A DNA stretch of 64,000 nt from Acutalibacteraceae bacterium (GCA_045540355.1 JAZQHB010000008.1:31183-95182); one strand, 5' to 3'; positions 27,053 through 36,890 are shown, numbered from the stretch's first letter. Notes: generated from the letters alone by a model not told the origin. Numbers and translations are program-made.

Positions 27053-27084
27053 AAAAAAAGAGCAGGTATCAACCCTGCTCTTTT
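27053..27084. terminator. Bidirectional terminator (AGAGCAGG..CCTGCTCT flanked by A- and T-runs)
   Basis: Directly past the rnhA stop. Confidence 0.75.
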
Positions 27085-27085
27085 A

Positions 27086-27511
27086 CTATCTCATTTCATA
27101 GCCCAAATCCGAAATTAAGAAACCGTTAGTAGCTTCACTTGCCAAAACATCACATCTTTCATTGTAATAGTTTCCGGCGTGTCCCTTTACCCAAGTAAAT
27201 CTTACATTTCTTTTTTGAATGACGGACCGGAGTTCATTAACAAGATCAAGATTGGAAGATGCGTTCATAGAACCGGACACTACGCCGATTGCATACTTGC
27301 TGTCACTGATGATGTGTAACGGTTTCTTGTGTGGTGCATTTTCCATAGCGGATAAAAAAGCCATAAGTTCCATTCGATTATTGGTTGTCGAAATATAACC
27401 CTGCGAAAATTCTTCCACATTGTCACCGTCAATAATTACAACACCATAACCACCGCAACCCGACGGATTACCCAAACAGCAACCGTCAGTATATATTGTT
27501 ACTTCATTCAT
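27086..27511 (-). CDS. rnhA: Ribonuclease HI
   Basis: IYTDGCCLGNP...GGYGVV...TNNRMELMA...SDSKY...WVKGHAGN..NERCDVLA. Start moved to ATG 27511 behind GAGAGGAGAG. Confidence 0.9.
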   Translation of the reverse strand: MNEVTIYTDGCCLGNPSGCGGYGVVIIDGDNVEEFSQGYISTTNNRMELMAFLSAMENAPHKKPLHIISDSKYAIGVVSGSMNASSNLDLVNELRSVIQKRNVRFTWVKGHAGNYYNERCDVLASEATNGFLISDLGYEMR

Positions 27512-27759
27512 ACTGCTACTCTCCTCTCTCATAATTAGGCATACTGAATACCTTACGATAATTATACGACATTGAACGCTTAAATTACAAATTTTTACCA
27601 AAATACAATGAAATTACGGTATTATACTTTTTCAAAAACTTACCATTTGTGTATTGTATTCTTTTATCATTCAGTGTAAAATGTAAACATTACGGAAACC
27701 GTAAAATAAGAGGGTAGTTTTTAGTTACTTTAAAATTTGCGAATAGGAGGTATAACGCA

Positions 27760-29109
27760 ATGGCAAAAAAATTAAGCGACGACATTGAGATTATGTCAAA
27801 AGAAGAAGTCCTTGAAAATCTCGATGCAGAAGCAACACCGAATGTAGTGGCAGAAGGCTACATACCGACAGAAGATGTGGAAGCCGAAATGGAATATCGT
27901 GACACACACCCTGTTGAAGCAGAAGGCGATGAACCCGCCGAAGAAGAAATCGTCGTAGGCAACGATCCGCTTCCGGAAGATTATGTCCCGGAAGATTTAG
28001 GTCCTGTCGAAACAATCGACGAAACAAGCAACTTGGAAAGTGCAATGGACGAATTATCGGAAGAAGACCGAAAGATTATGGAAGCATTACTTTCCAAAAC
28101 CCAGTTCTATTCAAGAAAGAACTTAAAAGCAAAGCAGTCGATACATAGGGAAATGTTCCGTTCCGAGCATATCGTAACAGCATCTCCCGACGACAAGGTG
28201 GAAACCGAGAGTACAAAGTTAATGGAAGACTTTACAATGTTAAATGCTTCCGCACAGAGCAAGCGTATCTTGGAAGGAAAGATTACGGGTTGCCACCCTG
28301 CAAATCCCGACAATCCTTTATCAACCACCCTTGCGGAAGTAAAGTTTGGAAACGGCACTTGTAAGGTTTTAATTCCCGACTATTTGCTTTTCGATTATGA
28401 AATTGGAAAATACCGCAACACTCCCGAACAGGCAAATGTGGCAGTGGCGGTTCGTGATATGATTGGCTTAACCGTAAGATTTACGGTTACACAGCTTGAC
28501 AGAGCAACCAAGACTGCATACGCAGACAGATTACAGGCATTAGACACCGACGGCTATTTTAACTATGTAAAACCTACCAAAGACGGCAAGCCCCGTATTA
28601 CCGCAGGTATGATTGCACAGGGTAGAGTAGTAAGAAGAAATAAGAAAACCGTAACAATCTGTGCATTAGGTGCAGAAAGAACATTAAGAGCCAACGCTGA
28701 TGAAAACGAAATCTGCTGGAATTATTGCGATGATTTCAGAGATATGTTTAAGGTAGATCAGATTGTAAATGTAAAAATCCTCGAAGTAAAAACGAAGGAA
28801 GTTACAAAATACAACAATAACTACACTTTGGTTAAGCCCAAGTTCAGCTTAAAGCAGACCACAGTTAATCCTACGGATAAGTATTTCGACGACTTTGTAG
28901 AAAACGGTCACTATACCTGCGTAGTTACCTCATTGGCATCTACTGGTGTCTTTGTTCGCTTACCCGATATTGACGGTATGGACTGTTTGGTTGCATATCC
29001 GAAATTCGGAGAAATGCCGATGCCCGGACAGGCAAGAGTTATTAAGATTACAGAGAAAGAAATTGATGCCAACGGCAGAAAGAAAATCTTTGGAACCTTC
29101 GTGCAGTAA
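27760..29109 (+). CDS. S1-like RNA-binding domain protein with acidic N-terminal region
   Basis: Three OB/S1-like segments (ILEGKITGC..., MIAQGRVVRR..., GHYTCVVTSLASTGVFVRLPDIDGMDCLV). Confidence 0.55.
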   Translation: MAKKLSDDIEIMSKEEVLENLDAEATPNVVAEGYIPTEDVEAEMEYRDTHPVEAEGDEPAEEEIVVGNDPLPEDYVPEDLGPVETIDETSNLESAMDELSEEDRKIMEALLSKTQFYSRKNLKAKQSIHREMFRSEHIVTASPDDKVETESTKLMEDFTMLNASAQSKRILEGKITGCHPANPDNPLSTTLAEVKFGNGTCKVLIPDYLLFDYEIGKYRNTPEQANVAVAVRDMIGLTVRFTVTQLDRATKTAYADRLQALDTDGYFNYVKPTKDGKPRITAGMIAQGRVVRRNKKTVTICALGAERTLRANADENEICWNYCDDFRDMFKVDQIVNVKILEVKTKEVTKYNNNYTLVKPKFSLKQTTVNPTDKYFDDFVENGHYTCVVTSLASTGVFVRLPDIDGMDCLVAYPKFGEMPMPGQARVIKITEKEIDANGRKKIFGTFVQ

Positions 29110-29113
29110 AAAT

Positions 29114-29232
29114 TTGTATTTTTGTGTAAAAGATGTTATAATACAAACATAAAGTAAATCATTACTTTAATCCTTTCTTTTTTGTGTTATAGATAAATGA
29201 AAAGCAGGCAAGAGATATCTTGTCTGTTTTTT
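29114..29232 (+). ncRNA. Promoter (TTGTAT-N17-TATAAT) plus about 85-nt terminated transcript; sRNA candidate
   Basis: The start TATAATACAAACATAAA is shared with the 9379 unit. Terminator CAGGCAAGA..TCTTGTCTGTTTTTT. Confidence 0.4.
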
Positions 29233-29247
29233 GTTTTATAAGAATAT

Positions 29248-29436
29248 TTGCAATTTTCTTCATTAAGTGCTATGATAAGGTCAAGAACTGGCGGGAGTTC
29301 TTTTCGGTATATTGGCAAATGCCAGTGTGCCTCCTTTCTTAAAGTTGAGAAACTTTATTTTGACAGCAAAAAGTTGTTGTTTGTTACAGTTACAATAAGA
29401 CCAAACCTTTCCCGCAGGATTGGTCTTCTTTTTTTA
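29248..29436 (+). promoter_or_regulatory. Promoter-leader-terminator module, copy H (ORF-less)
   Basis: TTGCAA-N17-TATGAT. Contains GACAGCAAAAAG. Terminator AAGACCAA..TTGGTCTTCTTTTTTT. Confidence 0.5.
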
Positions 29437-29458
29437 AAATAACAATTTGTTACTTTAT
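29436..29458. promoter_or_regulatory. Dispersed palindrome O4 (AAAATAACAATTTGTTACTTTAT, inverted orientation)
   Basis: Seen in sequence between modules H and I. Confidence 0.6.
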
Positions 29459-29469
29459 GAAGTAAAAAT

Positions 29470-29602
29470 TTGCAATCACGAATAAAAGGTGCTATACTAA
29501 ATTTAGCCTTACGGGAGGGCACCTTTCTAGTGACAACAAAAAATTATGTTACAGTCTTTAAGATAGAAAAAACCAAGACATTCCCGTTGTCTTGGTTTTT
29601 TT
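29470..29602 (+). promoter_or_regulatory. Promoter-leader-terminator module, copy I
   Basis: TTGCAA-N17-TATACT. Contains GTGACAACAAAAAA. Terminator AACCAAGACA..TGTCTTGGTTTTTTT. Paralogous to H. Confidence 0.5.
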
Positions 29603-29663
29603 AGTTCTTTTTTGCTTTTATTGTTAATGTATATTATACTGTATTAAAGGAGGCAAAGAAGGA

Positions 29664-30695
29664 ATGAAACAGTTTATTCTTAAAATCATTATAGCAATAC
29701 TGTTAAGTATCTCTGTGATACTGGTAATTTCACTTATAGACTTGGGAACCATAGAAATACCTTTGGCAGTAAATAATTTAAGAGATAAAGTATCAGATTT
29801 CGTTGTTGAGAAAACGGAAGGGTTTATTGATACCATAAAAGAAGATATCAGTGCAGAAGGAAATAAACCAGCGGAGGTTATACTCGAAACAGAAGAAGCA
29901 TCAGAACTGGAAATACACTTCATAGATGTCGGGCAGGGTGATGCGACTTTAATAATATGTGGTGACGATGCAATGCTGATAGACGCAGGATATTGGGAAT
30001 ATGGCGAAAGCGTGGAAGCGTATGTTGATTACCAGCTGGAAGACAACCACTTGGATTATGTAATAGCAACCCACCCGGACGCAGACCATATCGGCGGTTT
30101 ATCAGAAATATTCGGAAGCGAAAGTTTAACCTGCGATAAGATATTTGTTTCGGGCTACGATAGAGATACCGGAACGATGTATTATGTAGAAGAAGCAATG
30201 AGGGAAAAAGGGTATGTATCAGAGGTTCCCAGCGTCGGCGATACTTACACACTGGGAGAAGCCACCTTTACAATCATTGGTCCGATGCAGATGTATGAGG
30301 AGTGTAATGATAATTCTATCTGTATTATGTTAGAATACGGTTCCACGAAATATCTGTTTTGCGGAGATGCAGAAGAGATTGCAGAAGCAGATATGATTGC
30401 TTCCGGTTACGATTTGGATTGCGATGTTTTAAAAGTGTCGCATCACGGTTCCAAGACATCTACCACGACAAACTTTGTGGCTTCCACCAGTCCTGTTTAT
30501 GCAGTAATCAGCGTAGGCGAAGCAAATGAATACTTCCACCCGCACGCCACGGTACTGAATGTGTTGAGAAATTATGGAATAAATGTATTCAGAACCGACG
30601 AGCAGGGATCCGTCGTTTGTACCAGTAACGGTGAAGAAATTAAATGGAATTGTATGCCAAGCACCAGCTGGCAGGCAGGAGAGGGGGCAAACTAA
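29664..30695 (+). CDS. Membrane-anchored ComEC/Rec2-type metallo-beta-lactamase-fold protein
   Basis: N-terminal TM helix; HFIDVGQGDA; THPDADHIGG; KVSHHGS. Confidence 0.85.
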   Translation: MKQFILKIIIAILLSISVILVISLIDLGTIEIPLAVNNLRDKVSDFVVEKTEGFIDTIKEDISAEGNKPAEVILETEEASELEIHFIDVGQGDATLIICGDDAMLIDAGYWEYGESVEAYVDYQLEDNHLDYVIATHPDADHIGGLSEIFGSESLTCDKIFVSGYDRDTGTMYYVEEAMREKGYVSEVPSVGDTYTLGEATFTIIGPMQMYEECNDNSICIMLEYGSTKYLFCGDAEEIAEADMIASGYDLDCDVLKVSHHGSKTSTTTNFVASTSPVYAVISVGEANEYFHPHATVLNVLRNYGINVFRTDEQGSVVCTSNGEEIKWNCMPSTSWQAGEGAN

Positions 30696-30904
30696 TGGCA
30701 AAATGGAACGCAAGCGTATCAGTAATGATTTCGATTGATTACTACGACGGCGAAATAGAAGCTGACACAAAAGAAGAAGCAGAACAGATAGCGAAAGACA
30801 AAGCACTGGAAGACATTGATTATAATAACTGTTCCTGCGACAGTGAACCGATTGTATGCGTATGGGCTGATGATGAAGAAGGAGATGAAGAAAATGAAAA
30901 TTAA
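30695..30904 (+). CDS. Small acidic protein (69 aa)
   Basis: TAATG stop/start overlap with the previous gene; SD GAGGGGG. Confidence 0.55.
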   Translation: MAKWNASVSVMISIDYYDGEIEADTKEEAEQIAKDKALEDIDYNNCSCDSEPIVCVWADDEEGDEENEN

Positions 30905-31514
30905 CGATTTATTAAAAAATGAAATATCTATTAAGGACGACGAAGGCTTAATTGTTTTTGATTTCAGCTGTTATTTCCCTTATTCAAATTGGGAAGTATT
31001 ATCTTTTAACTTTACTCTTGGAGAAGAAAAGCTGGAAGATAAAAAAATAAATCACCGCTACCCAAATCATAACTACCAAACTATTACAAGAAAGTATGGC
31101 AGGAAATTAAGCAAAGTAGGTTATCCGTATGTTGTGAAGCTAAACGACCAAGAACAGCCTATGCTTCTTTGTGTCAATGTAGGATTATTGGATAACTGCG
31201 TAACTCTTGTTTTTCCGATACAAACTTCATTAACAAAAGACCGCCCGGTATGTAAATTAGTTATGCGGTACGACTTTGAAAATGATGGATTTTACTTAAA
31301 GACTTACAGTATAGATGAAGATTTAGGCGTGGGATTGAAACCTAAATTATGGTATAGCAATGAAGAAGACAGACAAGAATGTAAGTGGGGTATGGAATTT
31401 TCACAGGTTTTAAAATCCCCAAAAAGAGTAGAAGATAGCTTCACACTTTTATACGAAGATATTATCACACCGTCACCGCTTCCATTATCATCAAATATGC
31501 CAACAGTTTCATAA
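30894..31514 (+). CDS. Hypothetical protein (206 aa)
   Basis: Start moved to ATG 30894 behind GAAGGAG. Confidence 0.6.
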   Translation: MKINDLLKNEISIKDDEGLIVFDFSCYFPYSNWEVLSFNFTLGEEKLEDKKINHRYPNHNYQTITRKYGRKLSKVGYPYVVKLNDQEQPMLLCVNVGLLDNCVTLVFPIQTSLTKDRPVCKLVMRYDFENDGFYLKTYSIDEDLGVGLKPKLWYSNEEDRQECKWGMEFSQVLKSPKRVEDSFTLLYEDIITPSPLPLSSNMPTVS

Positions 31515-31655
31515 ATAACATTACATAAAAACAAAACAAGGTTTTCACACTTTGTTATAGCCTTATTTAGGCACTTAAAAAAGCAAAGGGTAGTCAGAAC
31601 TACCCTAAACCGACAAAAACAGCTAAAAATCGAAAATACGCGGTCAAAATATAAT

Positions 31656-31678
31656 AAAATAACAAATTGTTACTTTAA
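31656..31678. promoter_or_regulatory. Dispersed palindrome O5 (AAAATAACAAATTGTTACTTTAA)
   Basis: Seen in sequence, abutting a TATAAT box (31650-31655), upstream of recG. Confidence 0.6.
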
Positions 31679-31696
31679 GTTACTTTAATTATGACG

Positions 31697-31726
31697 GAAG
31701 AGAATAATTTTCTCTTCTGTTTTTTT
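31697..31726 (+). terminator. Hairpin GAAGAGAA..TTCTCTTC plus T-run upstream of the recG promoter
   Basis: Seen in sequence; would end a short transcript starting near O5. Confidence 0.55.
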
Positions 31727-31801
31727 GCCTTTTCCCCTTATTTTTGGTATAATTATAATAGAACAAGTGTAACACCCACGCAAAAAAAGAGGAATAAAGA
31801 A

Positions 31802-33784
31802 ATGGGAGAAATTATTACTACACCGAAGAAAAAGAGTATATTGGAAAAGAAGGGAATTTGTACCACCGAGGATTTATTAAACTTCCTGCCAAGAACCTAC
31901 AAGGATTACAGCAGGGAATTTACGGAAGTATCAATCCATTTATCGGGTTCAACCGGGTGCTTTCTTGGCGAGCCTTCCGATTTGCGGAGAAAATATAATA
32001 ATAAGCGTTCCGTAATCTCTTTTAAATTGCGTTCTGCAAATAATTATTACATTCACTGCACAATTATCGGGCAGGATTTTATGTATAATGTATTGGATAA
32101 TATGATGAACCATAAAGAGATTGCTGTATTCGGAACCATTACTCATTCCGAGGAATATGGTTTTTCTATTATGCAACCGGAACTGGTTACTTACTACGGT
32201 ACCCACAAAAAACATTTAGGGATTAAACCCGTTTATACGAAATTCAGTGGAATATCAGAAGACGGTATGAAGGAACTGATTGATACAGCCCTTGCAGAAT
32301 ATGATGAAAAAGATATGGCTGATAAGGAAATGTTGGAAAAATACGGACTTTTTAAAGTACCGACTACCAAAGAGGCATATCGCACACTGCATAAACCTAC
32401 CTCAATAAATGTCGCAGATGCAAAATACCGATTAAAGATAAATAAACTGTTGCATTTTGCTTTAACCTTGGAAGAGAATACAAGGAAAGAGGCGAAAGGT
32501 ACCCATATTATTCTGAACAATTTAACGATTGTGGCAGACATCATCAATAATTTACCCTACAAACTGACCGCCGATCAGAATAAATACTTAAAGGAAATGA
32601 TAAATAATATAAACGCCGGGAAGAGAGTATCGGCACTTTTGCAGGGTGATGTAAGCTGTGGCAAAACAATGGTTGCTATTCTTATGCTGTTTGCTATGGC
32701 AGAAAATGGCTATCAAGGAGTGCTTATGGCACCCACTTCCATATTAGCGGAACAGCATTACGAGGAAATAAAGAGATATGCTGATAAATACGGAGTAGAG
32801 GTAGCATATCTTAACGGCACCGTATCAACAAAGGAAAAGAAACGGATTTTGGAAGGATTATCTTCTGCAAAGGTAAAGATTGTTGTAGGAACCCAGTCTT
32901 TGGCTTCCACGAAAATCACCTACGGGCATTTGGGTATGGTTATTATTGATGAAGAACACCGTTTTGGCGTAGAGCAGAGAGATGTATTATTATCCCACGC
33001 ACAGGAAGGCGTGAACACGCTGGTAATGAGTGCGACACCGATGCCCCGAACCCTTGCAGGTGCCGTTCACGGAAATAATACCGAAATTTATGATATTAAA
33101 ACAATGCCTGCGGAGAGAATACCCGTGCAGACAGCAATCAATAACAACGATAAAGTTATTATGAATTTTATCGAAGACCAGCTGATAGAAGGCAGGCAGG
33201 CGTATGTGGTATGTCCCTTAATCGAACACGAAGAAGAGAAGCAGGGAATGGAAAATGTAAGAAGCGTGCAGGAAACCGTCGAACTTTACAAGGATCGCTT
33301 TGAGCCGTTCTATCCGGTGGCAGTATTAAACGGAAAAATGAAGGAAGCGGAAGTCGATGAAATTATTAAAGACTTTAAGGAAAACAAAACTTCCATTCTG
33401 ATTTCAACTACCGTAATCGAAGTAGGCGTAAATAATCCTAACGCTTCCGTAATCGTAATTTCAAATGCAGAACGCTTTGGATTAGCAACGATGCACCAGC
33501 TTCGCGGTAGAGTAGGGCGTGGTTCCCATAAATCTTACTGTATCTTACAATCTGCCGATAAGGAAAATGAAAGATTAAAGACTATGGTAAATTGCCGGGA
33601 CGGCTTTACTATTGCACAGGAAGATTTGAAACTCCGCGGTGCAGGAGATATAATCGGTGTTAAGCAGTCCGGCGTATCAGAGTACATTGACTTAATACAG
33701 GAAGAACCTAAACTGTATGAAACCTGCTGTAAAATGGCAGTAGAAATTTTAAACAATAAAAAAGGACTTGGTTTCTTAAATTAA
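31802..33784 (+). CDS. recG: RecG-like ATP-dependent DNA helicase
   Basis: GDVSCGKTMVA (motif I), IIDEEHRFG (II), MSATPMPRT, TTVIEVGVNNPNAS, HQLRGRVGRG. Start moved to ATG 31802. Confidence 0.9.
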   Translation: MGEIITTPKKKSILEKKGICTTEDLLNFLPRTYKDYSREFTEVSIHLSGSTGCFLGEPSDLRRKYNNKRSVISFKLRSANNYYIHCTIIGQDFMYNVLDNMMNHKEIAVFGTITHSEEYGFSIMQPELVTYYGTHKKHLGIKPVYTKFSGISEDGMKELIDTALAEYDEKDMADKEMLEKYGLFKVPTTKEAYRTLHKPTSINVADAKYRLKINKLLHFALTLEENTRKEAKGTHIILNNLTIVADIINNLPYKLTADQNKYLKEMINNINAGKRVSALLQGDVSCGKTMVAILMLFAMAENGYQGVLMAPTSILAEQHYEEIKRYADKYGVEVAYLNGTVSTKEKKRILEGLSSAKVKIVVGTQSLASTKITYGHLGMVIIDEEHRFGVEQRDVLLSHAQEGVNTLVMSATPMPRTLAGAVHGNNTEIYDIKTMPAERIPVQTAINNNDKVIMNFIEDQLIEGRQAYVVCPLIEHEEEKQGMENVRSVQETVELYKDRFEPFYPVAVLNGKMKEAEVDEIIKDFKENKTSILISTTVIEVGVNNPNASVIVISNAERFGLATMHQLRGRVGRGSHKSYCILQSADKENERLKTMVNCRDGFTIAQEDLKLRGAGDIIGVKQSGVSEYIDLIQEEPKLYETCCKMAVEILNNKKGLGFLN

Positions 33785-33811
33785 GGGTTGCAATTTTTGC
33801 AATCCTTTTTT
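33785..33811 (+). terminator. Intrinsic terminator (GGGTTGCA..TGCAATCCTTTTTT)
   Basis: Directly after the recG stop. Confidence 0.7.
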
Positions 33812-33903
33812 ATAATGCGAATATAATCTATCCGTTATGAATACACTAATGGTATAGAAAAAAAGAAAAAGGTACTCCTTGCAGGAGGGGAACGACGACG
33901 AAT

Positions 33904-33952
33904 ATATTGTTGTTGTTTATATAATTTAATATATCTATATAAACAACAATAT
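33904..33952. repeat. AT-rich imperfect inverted repeat (ATATTGTTGTTGTTTATATA / TATATAAACAACAATAT)
   Basis: Seen in sequence just upstream of the iterons; possible unwinding or hairpin element. Confidence 0.6.
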
Positions 33953-34019
33953 TAAAATTCATATTATAATTCCGAAACCCACAAACCCAGTATTTTCTAG
34001 GGCTTGCGGGTTTTTTTGA

Positions 34020-34800
34020 CGGAAAAAATCGGTAAAAGATACGGAGTAGCGTGGTAAAAGATGCGGAGTAGTGCGGTAAAAGATACAGAGTAATTCGGTA
34101 AAATTTGGCAGGATTAAATACGGAGTAGTGCGGTAAAAGATACGGAGTAATTCGGTAAAAGATACGGAGTAGCGCGGTAAAAGATACGGAACAATTCGGT
34201 AAAATAGACGATTTAGCGGAAAAAAACAGTAAAAACAGCAATTAAAAAATAAGTGCTGAAATCGTAAGATTTTGAAAAGAATGTAAAAAAAGGGTAAAGG
34301 TACGGAAAAAATCGGTAAAAGATACAGAGAAAAACAGTAAAAGATACGGAATAATTCGGTAAAAATAGGGTTTATTACGGAGTAATTCGGTAAAAAACGC
34401 AGGAAAAACACCATATGATTACCCAAAAACTACATAAAAATAAAAAAAAGAGATAGAAAAAGCCTTACTTACGGAGAAATTCAGTAAAAGATGCGGAGTA
34501 ATTCGGTAAATATATGATTTATAACGGAGAAAATCGGTAAACATAATGTAGAAATATTCCTTGAAAAAAGTAAAGTTAATGAGCCAAAGTATTGTATTAC
34601 CGAAAATATCCGCTATAAAATCGTAAGTTTTTGAAAAAATCAATATTTAGTGTTTTTATAATTTCAACACATACAAAATAAGAAAAATCCCCCACCTTTT
34701 TAACGGAAAAAAACAGTAAAATAGTAATTGACAAGGTATAATAGTAAGCCTTATAATAAAATTGTTTTTAACGGAAAAAAACAGTAAAAAGCAAATGAGG
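34020..34800 (+). repeat. Iteron array (at least 15 copies of CGGTAAAAGATACGGAGTAnnn, 22-bp phase); putative theta-type oriV
   Basis: GGTAAAAG cores at 34031, 34053, 34075, 34097, 34132, 34154, 34176, 34198, 34314, 34336, 34358, 34389, 34483, 34505 and 34536. Degenerate copies flank the rep promoter. Confidence 0.85.
34700..34790 (+). promoter_or_regulatory. rep promoter (TTGACA-N17-TATAAT) bracketed by a direct repeat TTAACGGAAAAAAACAGTAAAA
   Basis: Seen in sequence; the arrangement is typical of Rep autoregulation. Confidence 0.6.
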
Positions 34801-34811
34801 GGATTACAAAA

Positions 34812-36032
34812 GTGGAAGAAAACAAAAAAAATGAGGAAGATACTTCTTTGGCGATTTATGTTGAAAAAGAAGATATAGTTGCAAAAATATGCAATGTTAT
34901 ATTAAAAGCAAAATATAAAACAACGCTATTGGAACAAAAAGTTTTACTTATGTCGCTTGCCCGTATCAGTAATTATAAAATAGAAAAAGGAACCGGGGCA
35001 TTAGTATCTACGCTTGATGTTGCTGATATAAAAAATTGTATCGGAAGAAAAGGAAACTCATTATATGATGAATTGGAAGAAGTAGCCGATAATATGACAG
35101 ACCGCAAAATTGCATTTTCGGATCCCGAAAAAAAAGAGTTTGATTATATGTCGCTTATCATTCGTGCAACTTGTAAAAACGGTAAATTTAAGATTTATTA
35201 TAATCCGTATTTAAGAAATTACATATTAGACATCACTACTAACTATACACCACTTATGGAAAAGATAACAATGTCTTTTAATAGCCTTCATTCGTCCCTG
35301 CTTTATCAAGCATTAAAGCAAAAAGCATATACACCGGGCGAAAAGATTGATAAAACAAGTTTTGAAATAAGAACTTATGAGTTCGAGTACAATCTTGCGG
35401 AACTTTTACTGGACCTTGGATTAGTTGATGCAAATGCAGAAGAGGTAAAAAATATACTTAATAAATCAAAGACACCGGACTACGAAAAAGCTGTGGCAGT
35501 TGCAAAAGAAAAAAAATATAAAGCGTGGTATGATTTTGAAAGATATTCACTTCGTCCGGCAATTAAAGAAATCAATGAAAAAACAGATTTGCGGGTATCA
35601 TACGAAACCATAAAAAGAGGTAGAGGGGGAAAAATAACCGCATTATTATTTACAGTAGATGTAATACCTACGATAAGAACCGATTTACTCTCAAAAAAAG
35701 AGGAAGAAGTAATCACGATAACCGAAGACCAAAAAGACGAATACATAGACTGGTTATCAGACCTTATCGAAACGCCGTTAAAAGTGAAAGACCTGCGTAC
35801 TATCGCAGAAGAGGCAGGATATTCGCAGGAGAAAGCAGAAAAAGCCTACGCCATATTAAAATCCACTCCGCAGGTTGATAATGTGGTAGGATTTATGATT
35901 TCGGCGATCCGTAACAATTATTCCAGTTCCGGCGGGCAAAGCAATAAGGAAAGCAAAAAGAGCGCAAACGATAACATAATGAAGCAAGATTATGATATTG
36001 AAGCAATCGAAAAGGATATTTTGGCAAATTAG
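34812..36032 (+). CDS. rep: Plasmid replication initiator (Rep_3/RepB-like)
   Basis: Immediately downstream of the iterons. N-terminal KAKYKTTLLEQKVLLMSLARI resembles initiator winged-helix proteins. GTG start behind GAGGGG. Confidence 0.7.
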   Translation: MEENKKNEEDTSLAIYVEKEDIVAKICNVILKAKYKTTLLEQKVLLMSLARISNYKIEKGTGALVSTLDVADIKNCIGRKGNSLYDELEEVADNMTDRKIAFSDPEKKEFDYMSLIIRATCKNGKFKIYYNPYLRNYILDITTNYTPLMEKITMSFNSLHSSLLYQALKQKAYTPGEKIDKTSFEIRTYEFEYNLAELLLDLGLVDANAEEVKNILNKSKTPDYEKAVAVAKEKKYKAWYDFERYSLRPAIKEINEKTDLRVSYETIKRGRGGKITALLFTVDVIPTIRTDLLSKKEEEVITITEDQKDEYIDWLSDLIETPLKVKDLRTIAEEAGYSQEKAEKAYAILKSTPQVDNVVGFMISAIRNNYSSSGGQSNKESKKSANDNIMKQDYDIEAIEKDILAN

Positions 36033-36054
36033 AGAATAAAATATAGTTTCAGTA

Positions 36055-36087
36055 AAGAGGTACCGTAAGTGTGCCTCTTTTTTTACT
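36055..36087 (+). terminator. Intrinsic terminator after rep
   Basis: AGAGGTAC..GTGCCTCT plus T7. Confidence 0.7.
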
Positions 36088-36126
36088 GGTATTTTATGGG
36101 GTAAAACAATAATTTTAAAATAATAC

Positions 36127-36237
36127 TTGAAAAGTCAAAAAGTATATACTACAATATAAACATATTATTCCTTTTAGGAAATCAACAAATTTGGGCTGAC
36201 AAAAAGAGAAATCTAGCGATAGGTTTCTCTTTTTTTA
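36127..36237 (+). promoter_or_regulatory. Promoter-leader-terminator module, copy F
   Basis: TTGAAA-N17-TACAAT; CTGACAAAAAG; hairpin AGAGAAA..TTTCTCT plus T7. Confidence 0.55.
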
Positions 36238-36298
36238 TGTCGTAATTAACCTTAAAAACTGTAACAAACAAAATATAAAAGAAAGGTAAGGTAAGATT

Positions 36299-36880
36299 AT
36301 GGAAGAAAGGAAGGTACAGTTAGCAGATGTATCGGATTTGATTGATGTGGCATATCAGCAAATATCCGATGCGACAAAAAAACTCACTCCGGGGCTTCTT
36401 GATAAGCAAATGGCTTTTGCATTAAGCAAGAAACATATCGGCTGTGAGTACACCGTTAAGGAACTGAATGAGAGAAAACCGAAGGAACGGTACTCGTTTT
36501 ATTCTTTTACGGAAGTAAAAATTGCTTTGCAGGAGTTTTTTGGGGACACCTACAATTTAAAGCGTATAGCGAAGCAGTCAGTGATGCTTGATGAAGGCGA
36601 TAAGTTTTCAGAGAGTATTGATTGCGGTATGAAACTGGGGGAATTTTACGATACCCTAAACAACACCGTAACAGAAACCTCAATTTTAGAGGTAACAATG
36701 AAAGTAAGACCGTGGGGAAACCCAAACAGCACCACGGGATTGCCTTTCAATATTGTGGGTTTTCGATTACAGGCTGACGAAGAAGGTCAGTGGGTAAGAG
36801 AAATTGAACCTGCAAAAGAAATAAAGGAAGAGGAATGGGCTGAATGGAAACAAATGAATATTTTTCAGTTCATACGCTAG
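36299..36880 (+). CDS. Hypothetical protein (193 aa)
   Basis: First ORF after module F; no motif recognised. Confidence 0.65.
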   Translation: MEERKVQLADVSDLIDVAYQQISDATKKLTPGLLDKQMAFALSKKHIGCEYTVKELNERKPKERYSFYSFTEVKIALQEFFGDTYNLKRIAKQSVMLDEGDKFSESIDCGMKLGEFYDTLNNTVTETSILEVTMKVRPWGNPNSTTGLPFNIVGFRLQADEEGQWVREIEPAKEIKEEEWAEWKQMNIFQFIR

Positions 36881-36890
36881 GAGGTGTTTT

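Noticed and set aside
33846-34643. Minus-strand ORFs of 131, 155 and 74 aa (33846..34241, 33959..34426, 34419..34643)
   Set aside because: They are translations of the 22-bp iteron array, with repetitive YRITPYLLPHYSV-type peptides. They lack SDs and overlap each other.
34020-34800. Possible CRISPR array
   Set aside because: The 22-bp repeats abut each other with no unique spacers of CRISPR length. No cas genes are present. The array sits directly upstream of a Rep gene, so these are iterons.
36205-36237. Module F loop TAGCGA as the CS-6 element of an ssoA-type single-strand origin
   Set aside because: Only this one copy has TAGCGA. The other modules have CCGTAGGGG-type loops, and I see no RSB-like element. 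The sso idea is kept only as an alternative hypothesis for the family.
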